Assembly (NCBI GenBank): GCA_964461435.1
Contig: CAYWUI010000015.1
Coordinates: 132 to 64,131, forward strand
Reading direction: 5' to 3'
Source of the DNA: an uncultured Bacteroidales bacterium
GTDB lineage: Bacteria > Bacteroidota > Bacteroidia > Bacteroidales > UBA10428
Length of the DNA: 64,000 nt
The notes beneath the pieces are model-generated. The model had not been told where the DNA came from. It made no database searches and saw only the letters and a program-made list of their open reading frames with translations. Positions 29,710-40,227 of the stretch are shown piece by piece (positions within the stretch are counted from its first letter, which is position 1; each line of letters starts with the position of its first letter). A program made the translations under genes and the position numbers.

Positions 29710-31032
29710 CTATTTCCTGGTTACTGTAACATGAATTTTTATAATCCTGCGCTTATCGACAGAAATAACCTTAAAAACAAAATTCTTATACGATATTATC
29801 TCATCCTTTAATGGTATCTCACCACGTAATTCAAGTATAAGGCCAGCCAGGGTATCAGCCTCGCCTTTAACATCATTAAAAATGTTTTCGTCAACATTAA
29901 AGATTTTATAGAAATCATTCAGAAGTATTTTGCCTTCAACAATGTACTGGTTATCATCAATTTTTGTATATATACTCTCTTCATCATCATATTCATCAGT
30001 AATTTCCCCTACAATTTCTTCAAGAATATCTTCAAGTGTAATGATGCCTGAGGAACCCCCGTATTCATCAATCACTATGGCCATATGGATTTTATTAACC
30101 TGAAACTCCTTTAATAAATCATTTATTTTTTTGCTTTCAGGAATATAGTATGGTGGTCTTATTAAAGACTGCCACTTAAAGAATCCTGATTTGTGAATAT
30201 GGGGAAGAAGATCTTTAATATATAATATTCCTTTTATGTTATCAAAAGTGCCTTCATATACGGGTATCCTTGAATACCCCGAATTATTAATTACCGACAT
30301 TAAATTTTTAAATTTCATGGATATATCAACACCAATAGCATCTACCCTTGATTTCATAATTTCTTTTACATATATATTGCCAAATTTCACAATACCTTTC
30401 AGGATTCTTTTATCCTCTGATATATCATGCTGGGTTAGTTCCAAAGCATCAGACAGCTCGGCTATAGATATGTTTTTTCTTTTCTGCATAAACCTTCTGT
30501 TTACAATTGATGTCGAATAAATTAAAAAGGAATTGATGGGTCTGAATACTCTTTCAGAAATATCCAAAGGCTTTGCCATGAGTTTGGAAAATTTAACGGC
30601 ATACCGGCTTGCGTAAACTTTAGGTAATATTTCTCCGAAAAACAACAATAAAAAAGTTATTATTACAACCTGCATTATAAATCCGACAGCCATTGATCCT
30701 GAAAACTCAAATAATTTTGAAGTAACATATGTTGAGATTATTACTATGCCAATATTTATGAATGTATTGGCCACCAGTATTGTGGCTAGTAACCTGTCGG
30801 GTATTCCTAAAAGTCTGATGACAGCCTGGTCAATTTTAAATTTTGATCTTTTCAGTTTATTCAGCTCAGCCGGTGACAGAGAAAAATATGCAACCTCTGA
30901 GCCCGATATCAGGGCAGATGATATAAGCAAAAAAATAACAACAACCAGGGCAATGAATACCTCAAAGGAAAATTGCTTTAAGGTAATTCCAAAACTAGCA
31001 AATAATGCCGGATAATAAGGTTCTGCTTCCAA
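29710..31032 (-). CDS. gldE: GldE / CNNM-CBS-CorC domain protein
   Basis: SGSEVAYFSL, FGEILPK, YSRIPVY, VIDEYGG and LEDILEEIVGEI; adjacent to gldD. Confidence 0.88.
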   Translation of the reverse strand: MEAEPYYPALFASFGITLKQFSFEVFIALVVVIFLLISSALISGSEVAYFSLSPAELNKLKRSKFKIDQAVIRLLGIPDRLLATILVANTFINIGIVIISTYVTSKLFEFSGSMAVGFIMQVVIITFLLLFFGEILPKVYASRYAVKFSKLMAKPLDISERVFRPINSFLIYSTSIVNRRFMQKRKNISIAELSDALELTQHDISEDKRILKGIVKFGNIYVKEIMKSRVDAIGVDISMKFKNLMSVINNSGYSRIPVYEGTFDNIKGILYIKDLLPHIHKSGFFKWQSLIRPPYYIPESKKINDLLKEFQVNKIHMAIVIDEYGGSSGIITLEDILEEIVGEITDEYDDEESIYTKIDDNQYIVEGKILLNDFYKIFNVDENIFNDVKGEADTLAGLILELRGEIPLKDEIISYKNFVFKVISVDKRRIIKIHVTVTRK

Positions 31033-31065
31033 AATAGACAGGTGTATATTTAAAGAAAGTATGCC

Positions 31066-31497
31066 TTAGAACGGGAGATCATCTGATTCTTCAGTTTCAG
31101 GACCATTATCCTCTTTATCTTCCAAAGAACTTGTTTTCTCTTGTTTCAGAGACTCGGGAGGTTCATCAGTTCTTTTACCCAGCATTTGCATATTGTCAGC
31201 TATGATTTCAGTAGTGTACCGTTTGTTGCCTTCTTTATCATCCCATGAGCGGGTTTTAATTCTGCCCTCAACATATAGCTGAGTTCCTTTCTTAACATAT
31301 TTCTCAGCCAGTTCTGCCAAACCCCTCCATAATACAATATTATGCCATTCAGTATTTGTTACTCTCTCTCCATTTTTATTTTTGTAAACTTCACTTGTTG
31401 CCAGACGAAAATTACAGACCGGAGTACCACTATCTAAATACCGCACTTCAGGATCAGCACCAACGAATCCTACTAAAATAGCTTTGTTTACAGACAT
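31066..31497 (-). CDS. ssb: Single-stranded DNA-binding protein
   Basis: SVNKAILVG, TEWHNIV, YVEGRIKTRSW and C-terminal DDLPF. Confidence 0.95.
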   Translation of the reverse strand: MSVNKAILVGFVGADPEVRYLDSGTPVCNFRLATSEVYKNKNGERVTNTEWHNIVLWRGLAELAEKYVKKGTQLYVEGRIKTRSWDDKEGNKRYTTEIIADNMQMLGKRTDEPPESLKQEKTSSLEDKEDNGPETEESDDLPF

Positions 31498-31742
31498 ATT
31501 AAATTCAGATTTAAATTAGATGTAAAAATACAAAAAAATAAATTTATATAAATATTTCTAATATTTTAAACTTTGTATTTATCAATAATCCAAATATATC
31601 AGGCACCATGAAAGATCAAAAAAAAGAGCAAGTGGCAGTATGAGGGAGACTATATGAAACTCTTTTAACGTTAATATTGTAAGAAATTTACAAATAATAT
31701 TAAAATTAATGTATTTGTATTTTATTTATCGGAGAAAGTATA

Positions 31743-31750
31743 TATATTTG
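31743..31750 (+). promoter_or_regulatory. Bacteroidetes -7 promoter element for HU
   Basis: TATATTTG followed by CAAC about 55 nt before the HU start; the -33 element is not at canonical spacing. Confidence 0.5.
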
Positions 31751-31803
31751 CAACTCAGAATTGTAAACTAATGTAAATTATTGATAATTAAAGATTTTTA
31801 AAA

Positions 31804-32088
31804 ATGACGAAAGCAGATATTGTAAACGAAATCTCAAAAAACACTGGAATAGAAAAAATTACTGTTCAAAAAACAGTCGAAGCTTTAATGGAAGCAGTTA
31901 AAAACTCTTTAGTAAATAACAAAAATGTCTACTTAAGAGGATTTGGTAGTTTTATAGTTAAGAAAAGAGCTAAAAAAACTGCAAGGAATATTTCCAAGAA
32001 CACCACAATCATCATTCCTGAACACTTTATTCCTGCATTTAAGCCAGCTAAATCTTTTGTTAATAAAGTAAAATCAAAAGTTAAATAA
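31804..32088 (+). CDS. hup: HU / integration host factor family DNA-binding protein
   Basis: MTKADIV, VYLRGFGSF, KTARNISK and PAFKPAK. Confidence 0.9.
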   Translation: MTKADIVNEISKNTGIEKITVQKTVEALMEAVKNSLVNNKNVYLRGFGSFIVKKRAKKTARNISKNTTIIIPEHFIPAFKPAKSFVNKVKSKVK

Positions 32089-32109
32089 TTCTCAACAATA
32101 CAAATTAAA

Positions 32110-32202
32110 ATGCCGAGCGGAAAGAAGCGTAAGAGACATAAAATGTCTACGCACAAACGAAAGAAACGTTTAAGAAAGAACAGGCATAAGAAAAAGAAAT
32201 AA
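32110..32202 (+). CDS. 30S ribosomal protein bS22 (AURKAIP1/COX24-like), 30 aa, absent from the ORF track
   Basis: Manual translation: MPSGKKRKRHKMSTHKRKKRLRKNRHKKKK*. Confidence 0.85.
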   Translation: MPSGKKRKRHKMSTHKRKKRLRKNRHKKKK

Positions 32203-32233
32203 TTATTATATAATTAATTGTTTAGCTTGCTTG

Positions 32234-32271
32234 AATAAACCTAAAGTCCTTTTCAATACTTTAGGTTTATT
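32234..32271. terminator. 14-bp hairpin after HU-bS22
   Basis: AATAAACCTAAAGT-N10-ACTTTAGGTTTATT. Confidence 0.7.
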
Positions 32272-32322
32272 GTGTTTATCTGTATACTCTTTTGCCGACA
32301 TTAAATCTAATCAGACGGAGTA

Positions 32323-33873
32323 GTGAATAAAGAGCTTATCATTAATGTTGCATCCTCAGACATAAATATCGCCCTGCTTGAAGATAAAAAACTTATTGAG
32401 CTAAATAAAGAGAAAAGCAATATTCGATTTTCAGTTGGTGATATTTATCTGGGTAAGATTAAAAAACTAATGCCCGGACTGAATGCTGCGTTTGTTGATA
32501 TAGGCTATGAAAGGGATGCATTTCTTCATTATCACGACCTGGGGCCACAGTTCAAATCACTTCATAACTATTTAAATCTGGCATACAGACGCAAGGGAAA
32601 ACTCCCTCCCATGGAGAAATTCAGGCGTGACAGAGATATTGATAAAAATGGCAGGATAACAAAAGTATTATCAGTCGGACAGGTAGTAATAACCCAGATA
32701 GCAAAAGAACCTATTTCAACCAAGGGCCCAAGGTTAACCTCAGAGATATCACTTGCCGGCAGAAATCTTGTAATTATGCCATTTAATGATAAAGTCTCGG
32801 TTTCTCAAAAAATATCCTCCCTTGAAGAAAGAAACAGGCTGAAAACATTACTGCAAAGCATCAAACCGGGCAATTATGGTGTCATAATAAGGACAGTGGC
32901 CGAAGGAAGAAAAGTCAAAGATCTCGATAATGAGCTAAGACACCTGGTAAGAAAGTGGGAGTCTTCTTTTGAATATCTTAAATCCATAAAGCCGCCTCAC
33001 ATGCTGATAAGTGAACTTAAGAGAACATCAGCTATTTTAAGGGATATGCTTAATGTTACTTTTAATAATATTCATGTGGATAATGAGACAATATTCACGG
33101 AGATTACAGATTATATCAGTACTATTGCGCCCGAAAAAGAAAAAATAGTTAAACTGTACAAAGGTAATATTCCCATATTTGAACATTTCGGGATTGACAA
33201 GCAGATAAAATCCTCCTTTGGTAAGACTGTCTCATTCAAAAACGGTGCATATATAATTATTGAACATACTGAAGCATTACATGTAATAGATGTTAATAGC
33301 GGGAACCGTGCTAAATCTGCCGGTGATCAGGAAACAAATGCACTTGAGGTTAACCTGGCTGCAGCTGATGAAATAGCCCGTCAACTTAAACTCAGGGATA
33401 TGGGAGGTATAATTGTTATAGATTTTATAGATATGCAATCAAGCAAACATAAGCAGATGGTTAATGAGAAGATGAAAGATGCAATGACTGCTGACCGTGC
33501 AAAACATACAATACTCCCCCTCAGTAAATTCGGATTGATGCAAATAACGAGACAGAGAGTAAGGCCTGAAATGAATATAAGTACTACCGAAATATGTCCC
33601 GCATGCAAAGGAACAGGTGAAATTTCTCCCAGTATACTCTTTGTCGATAACATAAGAAATCAAATAGCTTTCTTATTGCAAACCAGCAAACATAAGAAGC
33701 TTTTATTAAAAGTGCATCCCTATATTGCTGCATACCTTAATAAGGGAATATGGCCAATTCATTTGAGATGGCGGTTTCAGTTCAACTGTAAGTTCAAAAT
33801 TATCCCTGTTTCCTCATTTAATTTTCTTGAATATCATATCTTTGACGCATATGGTGAGGAAATAATATTATAA
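32323..33873 (+). CDS. rng: Rne/Rng family ribonuclease
   Basis: VGDIYLG, AAFVDIG...AFLHY, KEPISTKGPRLT, IDVNSG, GGIIVIDFIDM and CPAC. Confidence 0.9.
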   Translation: MNKELIINVASSDINIALLEDKKLIELNKEKSNIRFSVGDIYLGKIKKLMPGLNAAFVDIGYERDAFLHYHDLGPQFKSLHNYLNLAYRRKGKLPPMEKFRRDRDIDKNGRITKVLSVGQVVITQIAKEPISTKGPRLTSEISLAGRNLVIMPFNDKVSVSQKISSLEERNRLKTLLQSIKPGNYGVIIRTVAEGRKVKDLDNELRHLVRKWESSFEYLKSIKPPHMLISELKRTSAILRDMLNVTFNNIHVDNETIFTEITDYISTIAPEKEKIVKLYKGNIPIFEHFGIDKQIKSSFGKTVSFKNGAYIIIEHTEALHVIDVNSGNRAKSAGDQETNALEVNLAAADEIARQLKLRDMGGIIVIDFIDMQSSKHKQMVNEKMKDAMTADRAKHTILPLSKFGLMQITRQRVRPEMNISTTEICPACKGTGEISPSILFVDNIRNQIAFLLQTSKHKKLLLKVHPYIAAYLNKGIWPIHLRWRFQFNCKFKIIPVSSFNFLEYHIFDAYGEEIIL

Positions 33874-33948
33874 TAACAATACAAACTTATTTAACAGATA
33901 CTTGTTTATTGATATAATAATTGCCCTGTACTATTAATTTACAAGCAA

Positions 33949-35898
33949 GTGAAAAAATATATCCTATTATTAATCGGAGTAACTGCCCTGCTTAATACAA
34001 AAGCTATCTCACAGATTTTAAATCCTGTAAAATGGACATTCGGATCAGAAAAAATAAATGAGAGGAATGTTAACCTGGTATTTGAAGCAACAATTGATGA
34101 GGGCTGGCATCTATACGGTTTAAACATTCCTGAAAACGGTCCGATAGCAACATCCATAATATTTAAAGACACTAACGGATTTAAAATAAAAGGCAATCCG
34201 GTTTCATCAATAAAACCTGCAATAAAGTTCGATTCAATTTTTGGAATAGACCTGGAATTATACAGCCATAAAGCAACGTTTAAGCAACAAATAGAAAAGA
34301 CATCAAAAGAAGATTTTATAGTAACCGGCTACGTTGAATTTATGTCATGTGATGATCAGAGGTGCCTTCCTCCCAACGAAGTTGAATTCGAGTTGCCGGT
34401 TAAGGGTACCGGGACTGGCTGGATGAATAATTCTCTTATCGGGATCCTTTTTATCTCAATAATTGCCGGATTGGGGGCATTGCTTACCCCTTGTGTTTAC
34501 CCTATGATCCCTTTAACTGTTACCTTTTTTATGAGGGGGAAAAAATCAAGGCTAAAATCAATTTCTGAAGCATTTGTATTTGGAATCTCAATTATCTTTA
34601 TTTATACGGTTATCGGAATAGCCGTTGCCTTATTAAAAAATCCCAATGCAGTAAGCTCAATAAATACTCACTGGATCCCCAATGTTATCTTTTTCTTAAT
34701 ATTTGTTGTTCTGTCTGCATCTTTTTTTGGAGCCTTTGAGATTGTCCTTCCTGCCGGATTGACGGGTAAAATTGACAGACAGGCAGATAAAGGGGGTTAT
34801 ATTGGAGCATTTTTTATGGCTCTTGCGATGGCCTTATTATCATTTTCCTGCACAGGCCCCATTGTTGCATCATTATTAATAAAAGCATCACAAGGTGAGG
34901 TACTGGAACCGGTTGTTGGCATGTTTGGCTTTTCACTGATATTTGCTATTCCATTTACTTTGCTTGCAATATTCCCCTCCTGGCTCAAAAATATGCCCAA
35001 ATCAGGTGGATGGTTAAATTCTGTTAAGATCTTCCTCGCATTTATTATGCTTGCATTGTCTCTCTATTTCATAAGCAGGATTGAGCAGGCTTATCATCTT
35101 AAATTATTAAGCAGGCATTTATTTATTGCTATCTGGATAGTTATATTTACACTCCTGGGATTTTATTTCCTGGGAAAAATCAAGTTTCCTCACGACAGCG
35201 ACATTAAAAGCATAAATGTGCCCCGCCTTTTACTGTCGGTAATAACTTTTTCTTTCGTTGTGTACATGATACCGGGACTATTCGGAGCCGGGCTGGAAGG
35301 AATCTCCGTTCTCCTCCCTCCCATGGAAACCCGGAAATCTCTTATGACAGGACGGGAATCATCAACTCCCGGATCATTATATATTCGGGAACCGGAAGCC
35401 GTGAATCCGTTATGCAACACCCCCAGGTATTCTGACTTTTTGCACCTGCCGCATGAATTAAACGGATATTTTGACTACGATGAAGCATTGTCATGCGCCA
35501 GGCAGCAAAACAAACCTCTTTTTATTGATTTTGCCGGACATTCATGCACTAATTGTAAAAAAATGTATAACAAGGTATGGTCAGATCCAAAGGTGCTTAA
35601 TATTTTAAAAAATGATTTTGTCATAGTAGCACTCTACGTTGATGATAAAACTAAACTACCTGAGAATGAATGGATTACTTCTTCCTATGATAGAAAAGTA
35701 AAGAACACGATAGGCAAGAAAAATGCGGATTTCCAGGTATCGAGATTTAAATCAAATGCCCTTCCTCTTTATGCAATTGTTGATGATAAAGGGAATATGC
35801 TGACTCAAAGACTTTATACTTACAACCCGAGTGTTCCTGATTTTATTAATTGGCTTCAGAAAGGCAAAGAAAATTTCAGGACTCCCGCAGGAAGATAA
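33949..35898 (+). CDS. dsbD: Thiol:disulfide interchange protein DsbD family
   Basis: N-domain GWHLY and CDDQRC; TM TPCVYP and SCTGP; C-terminal thioredoxin CTNC. Confidence 0.88.
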   Translation: MKKYILLLIGVTALLNTKAISQILNPVKWTFGSEKINERNVNLVFEATIDEGWHLYGLNIPENGPIATSIIFKDTNGFKIKGNPVSSIKPAIKFDSIFGIDLELYSHKATFKQQIEKTSKEDFIVTGYVEFMSCDDQRCLPPNEVEFELPVKGTGTGWMNNSLIGILFISIIAGLGALLTPCVYPMIPLTVTFFMRGKKSRLKSISEAFVFGISIIFIYTVIGIAVALLKNPNAVSSINTHWIPNVIFFLIFVVLSASFFGAFEIVLPAGLTGKIDRQADKGGYIGAFFMALAMALLSFSCTGPIVASLLIKASQGEVLEPVVGMFGFSLIFAIPFTLLAIFPSWLKNMPKSGGWLNSVKIFLAFIMLALSLYFISRIEQAYHLKLLSRHLFIAIWIVIFTLLGFYFLGKIKFPHDSDIKSINVPRLLLSVITFSFVVYMIPGLFGAGLEGISVLLPPMETRKSLMTGRESSTPGSLYIREPEAVNPLCNTPRYSDFLHLPHELNGYFDYDEALSCARQQNKPLFIDFAGHSCTNCKKMYNKVWSDPKVLNILKNDFVIVALYVDDKTKLPENEWITSSYDRKVKNTIGKKNADFQVSRFKSNALPLYAIVDDKGNMLTQRLYTYNPSVPDFINWLQKGKENFRTPAGR

Positions 35899-36007
35899 AT
35901 ATTCAACAATTATTCTACTCCCTTTTTAACATTTTATGTAGTATCATTGTTGCTACCTTCTTATCAGAAGCACTGAAGCAGCCTTTTGCACCATTGCTGA
36001 TTACAAA

Positions 36008-36646
36008 CTAAAACTTGCCGAATTTAAAATCAACACCAAAAGAAAATCCGTTAAGTACATCCTTTTCAGTATTTAACAAATCAATCCCGGAAGTATATCT
36101 GTAATAACCTCCCATTGCAAACCTGAAAAATTGTGTTATGTTCATCTCCAGTTCCACGCCTGGCTCCACAATCAGAAAAGTCTCGGAATCTTCAACAAAA
36201 TATTGATCATTCACTGCTCTCCTTTCCACACTTGTATATGCCACTCCGCCAATACCAACTAATACCGGCACAGACAGATGAACCGGAAATTTAGGAAGGA
36301 TTATCGGTTCAAAGAACATACCTCCATAACCTCCTGTAAGACTGACATTTCTATCCAATGTGTTATCATAATGGGAATCATTCACAAATCCTGCTCCTCC
36401 AATACCCATAGCGAACATATGTCCCATTATCAGTCCTCCCCTGGCACCGAATACAACAGCATCTTTTGCATCTATCTGTGAATACAGTACTGATAATCCT
36501 CCGTATCCTCCTATGTCATTACTTCCACCTATTAATGTTTTTATTTCATCATCTTTCTTTTTCCTGGTATCCTCATCCTCCGCAATTTGTGAAAACATAT
36601 TGATACTCAGAGAGAATATTGCCAATAATAATACTATTATTTTCAT
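36008..36646 (-). CDS. Hypothetical outer-membrane beta-barrel protein
   Basis: Signal peptide, Gly/aromatic strands and C-terminal FKFGKF. Confidence 0.55.
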   Translation of the reverse strand: MKIIVLLLAIFSLSINMFSQIAEDEDTRKKKDDEIKTLIGGSNDIGGYGGLSVLYSQIDAKDAVVFGARGGLIMGHMFAMGIGGAGFVNDSHYDNTLDRNVSLTGGYGGMFFEPIILPKFPVHLSVPVLVGIGGVAYTSVERRAVNDQYFVEDSETFLIVEPGVELEMNITQFFRFAMGGYYRYTSGIDLLNTEKDVLNGFSFGVDFKFGKF

Positions 36647-36669
36647 TTTACATATTTTTTATTATTCAG

Positions 36670-37164
36670 TTAAAATCTAAATTTAAGAGACAGGGCCGTA
36701 TCATCCAGGAAGATATAAAAGAAACGGCTTGTTGAAAACTCAAAAAAGGGTTTTATGTCAATACCTATAACAAAAGGGAATTCCCTGAATTCATACTCAA
36801 GGCCCAGATAACCATCCAGTCCGAAAACCGGTGAATAACGCCATTCATAGAGTTTATATGATTTATTTAAAATTTTATATTTGTTTGTATAGTATACTCC
36901 GACATGTGCTCCATAGCCATAAATAAAATTTAAATTGTCAGAGATCTCATAAAATGCAGGCCTGTAATATTGTTTCAAAGCGGTAAGACGCAATCCGCCT
37001 TTTGTATAATTAATGATAGCTTCAAAAGCGCTCTCTTTGTCAATATATTGCCGGTAAGTTAATCCTGTGGCATTACCAATCCTAAGTCCGGCATTCCTCG
37101 TATAATTCTGTGAGCATATATATGGACATAATAAAATAAATCCGAGAATAGTAAAATACTTCAT
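36670..37164 (-). CDS. Hypothetical outer-membrane beta-barrel protein
   Basis: Signal peptide, AGLRIG, GLDGYLGLEY and C-terminal LKFRF. Confidence 0.6.
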   Translation of the reverse strand: MKYFTILGFILLCPYICSQNYTRNAGLRIGNATGLTYRQYIDKESAFEAIINYTKGGLRLTALKQYYRPAFYEISDNLNFIYGYGAHVGVYYTNKYKILNKSYKLYEWRYSPVFGLDGYLGLEYEFREFPFVIGIDIKPFFEFSTSRFFYIFLDDTALSLKFRF

Positions 37165-37194
37165 ATGGTTTTTTGTTTTTCGTTTTGATATTAT

Positions 37195-37914
37195 TTACCT
37201 CCTTCTGACATCACCCGAACCCTCAATACGCTCCCTGACAACCGGATTGCCTTCATAGTACACTATCCCGCTGCCTTCAATATAAACATCAAGCAAATCC
37301 CATACAAAAACATACACATCACCTGAACCATAAATATCCACGTAACATTCATCAGATTCAAAATCAAATGCCCTGATTCTTCCTGAACCGTCTATTCTCA
37401 TATAAGAATTATTACAGGAACCGGTTAGTCTTATTTCCCCTGAGCCGCCAATATCGGCCTTAAGCTCGTCACAGTCAACGTCAATATATATGTCACCTGA
37501 ACCATTAAGTTCTATATCTAGCGAGGAAGTATTAAAATAATTGCAGTTGATAAATCCCGATCCATCAAGATTCAGGTAATCAAGTGCCGGAGTATTTACT
37601 GTTATCACAATAGGGTAACCGGACTCAAGGCATCGACGGCTGCTTGTACCGATCTCCAGTATATTTCCTTTAGTATACGTAGTGATAAAGTCTAACAGAT
37701 TTTCATCACCTTCGACATAAACACTGGTTACCGTATCATAATTCACATAAACATCAAAATAACCATCAAGTTCAATACCAGAAAAATTTCCGGTTACTCT
37801 TTCTTCCGAGGCGAAAATATTATCCCCCTCTATACAATTATATCTCTCACAAGAGTTATGTATCATAGCTAATAACACTGTCAGAGAAACTATTAAGTGT
37901 CTGAAAATTTTCAT
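37195..37914 (-). CDS. DUF2807 / GIN-domain lipoprotein
   Basis: HNSC lipobox, VEGDENLL and repeated GSG.I motifs. Confidence 0.85.
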   Translation of the reverse strand: MKIFRHLIVSLTVLLAMIHNSCERYNCIEGDNIFASEERVTGNFSGIELDGYFDVYVNYDTVTSVYVEGDENLLDFITTYTKGNILEIGTSSRRCLESGYPIVITVNTPALDYLNLDGSGFINCNYFNTSSLDIELNGSGDIYIDVDCDELKADIGGSGEIRLTGSCNNSYMRIDGSGRIRAFDFESDECYVDIYGSGDVYVFVWDLLDVYIEGSGIVYYEGNPVVRERIEGSGDVRRR

Positions 37915-37937
37915 GTTTTCATATTTTTATATTTAAA

Positions 37938-37963
37938 GACAAAAAAAAGTATTTGTAGTTGCA
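37938..37963 (-). promoter_or_regulatory. Putative ECF-sigma promoter (internal)
   Basis: Minus strand TGCAAC-N17-GTC upstream of the DUF2807 gene; same spacing as the motif at 40228-40253. Confidence 0.6.
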
Positions 37964-37975
37964 AATTATTTAATC

Positions 37976-39070
37976 TTACTTATGCACAATATTAACAATA
38001 CATTTCTTGGGGACATTAATCTTGACTTTGGATACAGGATTCCCGTAGCCTATTGTCCCGTAAGTTGACAGCAATTTCTGATCTTCATCAACGACCTTAA
38101 GTTCAGTTTTTGCCAATTGAGCAGGCAAGTTTAAAAGTACATCCTGATGATGTAAAATATCAATAATGTATGCCGAACCTTTTTCAAAAATAAGATCGAT
38201 ATCAGTATATTCCGAATTAATATTAATAAAAGAAAATCCCCTGTCAATAAGTCCGATTGAAAAATTACCATATTTAAAATTATAATTCAATTCATTGTTT
38301 AGCTTGTGTACTGTAAAATCAGAGAAATAGCTATCCCCGTACAAATCATTTATTATCTGGAAATATAACCTGTCTCTCCTGGATATTAACTTAAGGTAGT
38401 CGGCTTCATCAATATATATCTTTGATGATCTGCTGTCAATATGAAGCTTGTTAGCAGTTTTTACGGTAAGATCGGAGTATGAAACCGTTACTTTGCCGTC
38501 ACGCATATAATTAATCACGCCGTCACCTGAACTTAAACTAATTACTGCATTTCCATTCAGGTTGTTTGCTTTCAAGTCACCATTGGAAAGATTTATGTTA
38601 ACACTCCCGTCAAGATCATCGGTATAAATATCCCCGAATTTATTCTCAATTTTGATACTTGCATACCTGGGCACATATACAAGGTAATCAATAGTAACCT
38701 GGTTTTCAGAAGATATTATTGTTCCCGCTATATCCATCAGGTCAGTAAACACACCTCCTGACTTCTTGCCCAGCGTTGTTTTGGCTATAATATAATAATC
38801 CGTGCCGGTAAAGTCAAAGCCTATACTTTCTTTCAACTTTGTAAGCCGTGGCTCACTGTTGGTTTTTATGGTAAGATTGACTTTAAATTTTACTGAGTCG
38901 TTATCCCAGGTTACAACATGCACCTTGCCGTATTTGTTAAAAATATCAATAGTTGTTGAACTATTTACCCTATACGACTTTGACACCTTCCTGGTATAGA
39001 CCTGGGCTGTCAATGCCGATGTAATATACAGGGCAAGCAACAGAATAAAAACAGTTTTTTTATAATTCAT
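37976..39070 (-). CDS. DUF4097-like beta-strand repeat protein
   Basis: Signal peptide; INKYGKV-, NKFGDI- and KYGNF-type repeats; start MNYKK preferred. Confidence 0.7.
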   Translation of the reverse strand: MNYKKTVFILLLALYITSALTAQVYTRKVSKSYRVNSSTTIDIFNKYGKVHVVTWDNDSVKFKVNLTIKTNSEPRLTKLKESIGFDFTGTDYYIIAKTTLGKKSGGVFTDLMDIAGTIISSENQVTIDYLVYVPRYASIKIENKFGDIYTDDLDGSVNINLSNGDLKANNLNGNAVISLSSGDGVINYMRDGKVTVSYSDLTVKTANKLHIDSRSSKIYIDEADYLKLISRRDRLYFQIINDLYGDSYFSDFTVHKLNNELNYNFKYGNFSIGLIDRGFSFININSEYTDIDLIFEKGSAYIIDILHHQDVLLNLPAQLAKTELKVVDEDQKLLSTYGTIGYGNPVSKVKINVPKKCIVNIVHK

Positions 39071-39608
39071 AACAATTGTATTTTTTATCACTCCCATCTT
39101 TGTCAGGTTTTATCTCTGATGATATTTCTTCTAAAATTGAAATTCTTAATCTGTAGTTTTGAATCATCGCATCAATAACTTCCTGATTTGCAATATTATC
39201 TTTCAAATCATTTTTAAGCTCCCTATAGAGGCTGTCAAGTTGATTCAGATCATAATTTAGTTCCTCTTCCAAAGCGGGACAGGCGGCAAGTATCGGTTTT
39301 ATTTCGTTTAGCTTTTCGTTAAGCACACCTGTATAGTAATTTTCAGCCTCTTTAAGTTCAGGAATTTCAATCTCTTTACTCCTGGAGAATGAAATCTTTG
39401 GAAAACCTTCATAAATAAATTTATTTATCATGTAGGATATCACAAAGATTAGCAATACAGCAGCAGCCCTGCTTAAAATGAATTTAAACCTGATTGTTTT
39501 TCGGGGTCTGATACCGGACTTAATTTTATTCCACATTCCTGGATCAGGCTCCCTGAAATCAAATGCTTCCCGGTTATTTAGAATAAATTTTTCAAGTTTA
39601 TCTTTCAT
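39060..39608 (-). CDS. Putative anti-sigma factor
   Basis: D.LEKFI..NREAFD..EP...W..I N-terminus, one TM helix, AMIQNYRLRI; overlaps the sigma stop codon. Confidence 0.7.
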   Translation of the reverse strand: MKDKLEKFILNNREAFDFREPDPGMWNKIKSGIRPRKTIRFKFILSRAAAVLLIFVISYMINKFIYEGFPKISFSRSKEIEIPELKEAENYYTGVLNEKLNEIKPILAACPALEEELNYDLNQLDSLYRELKNDLKDNIANQEVIDAMIQNYRLRISILEEISSEIKPDKDGSDKKYNCYEL

Positions 39609-40159
39609 GATCCTGATTTTATTAGTAATTCCTTAATTTTTTGCCTGGCTCTTGAATACTGAGATTTCGAGGTTGATTCTGAAACACCCATAATTTGGGC
39701 TATCTCCGAATGATCGTATCCCTCAAGCAAATAAAGGGAGAAGATCACTCGATACCCCTGCGGCAACATTTCCATAGCTTTTTGCACATCTTTTACTTTC
39801 AGAGTGCGAGTATCAAGATTATCTTCTCCGTTATTTGTGTCATCCATATCAGGTAAATTGTCAGTTAATATCAGTTCAGCTTTTTTGCGTTTTAATGAAT
39901 TAATGCATTTATTTATTACAATTCGTTTTAACCACACGCCAAAGGCCGACTCATACCTGAACGTATCCAGTTTCATGAATGCCTCGGCGAACGATTCCTG
40001 CAACATGTCTTCAGCTTCCTCTTTACTGCTCATCATTCTATAGCATATATTGTACATTGCCTTAGCATATAATTTGTATAGCTGATATTGAGATTTTGAG
40101 TCACCTGCCTTACATAACTCAATTATTTCCTCGTGTATGTTAATATAAGCTGCCGCCAA
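39605..40159 (-). CDS. ECF RNA polymerase sigma factor
   Basis: QYQLYKLY, AEDMLQESF, WLKRIVINKCI and GYDHSEIAQIMGVSESTSKSQYSRA. Confidence 0.92.
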   Translation of the reverse strand: MAAAYINIHEEIIELCKAGDSKSQYQLYKLYAKAMYNICYRMMSSKEEAEDMLQESFAEAFMKLDTFRYESAFGVWLKRIVINKCINSLKRKKAELILTDNLPDMDDTNNGEDNLDTRTLKVKDVQKAMEMLPQGYRVIFSLYLLEGYDHSEIAQIMGVSESTSKSQYSRARQKIKELLIKSGS

Positions 40160-40227
40160 TTTTCAAGCAAATTACCGTAAGAGATTGCTTTAAATTACTA
40201 CATATTCTTCGTAATTCCCTTTATAAT

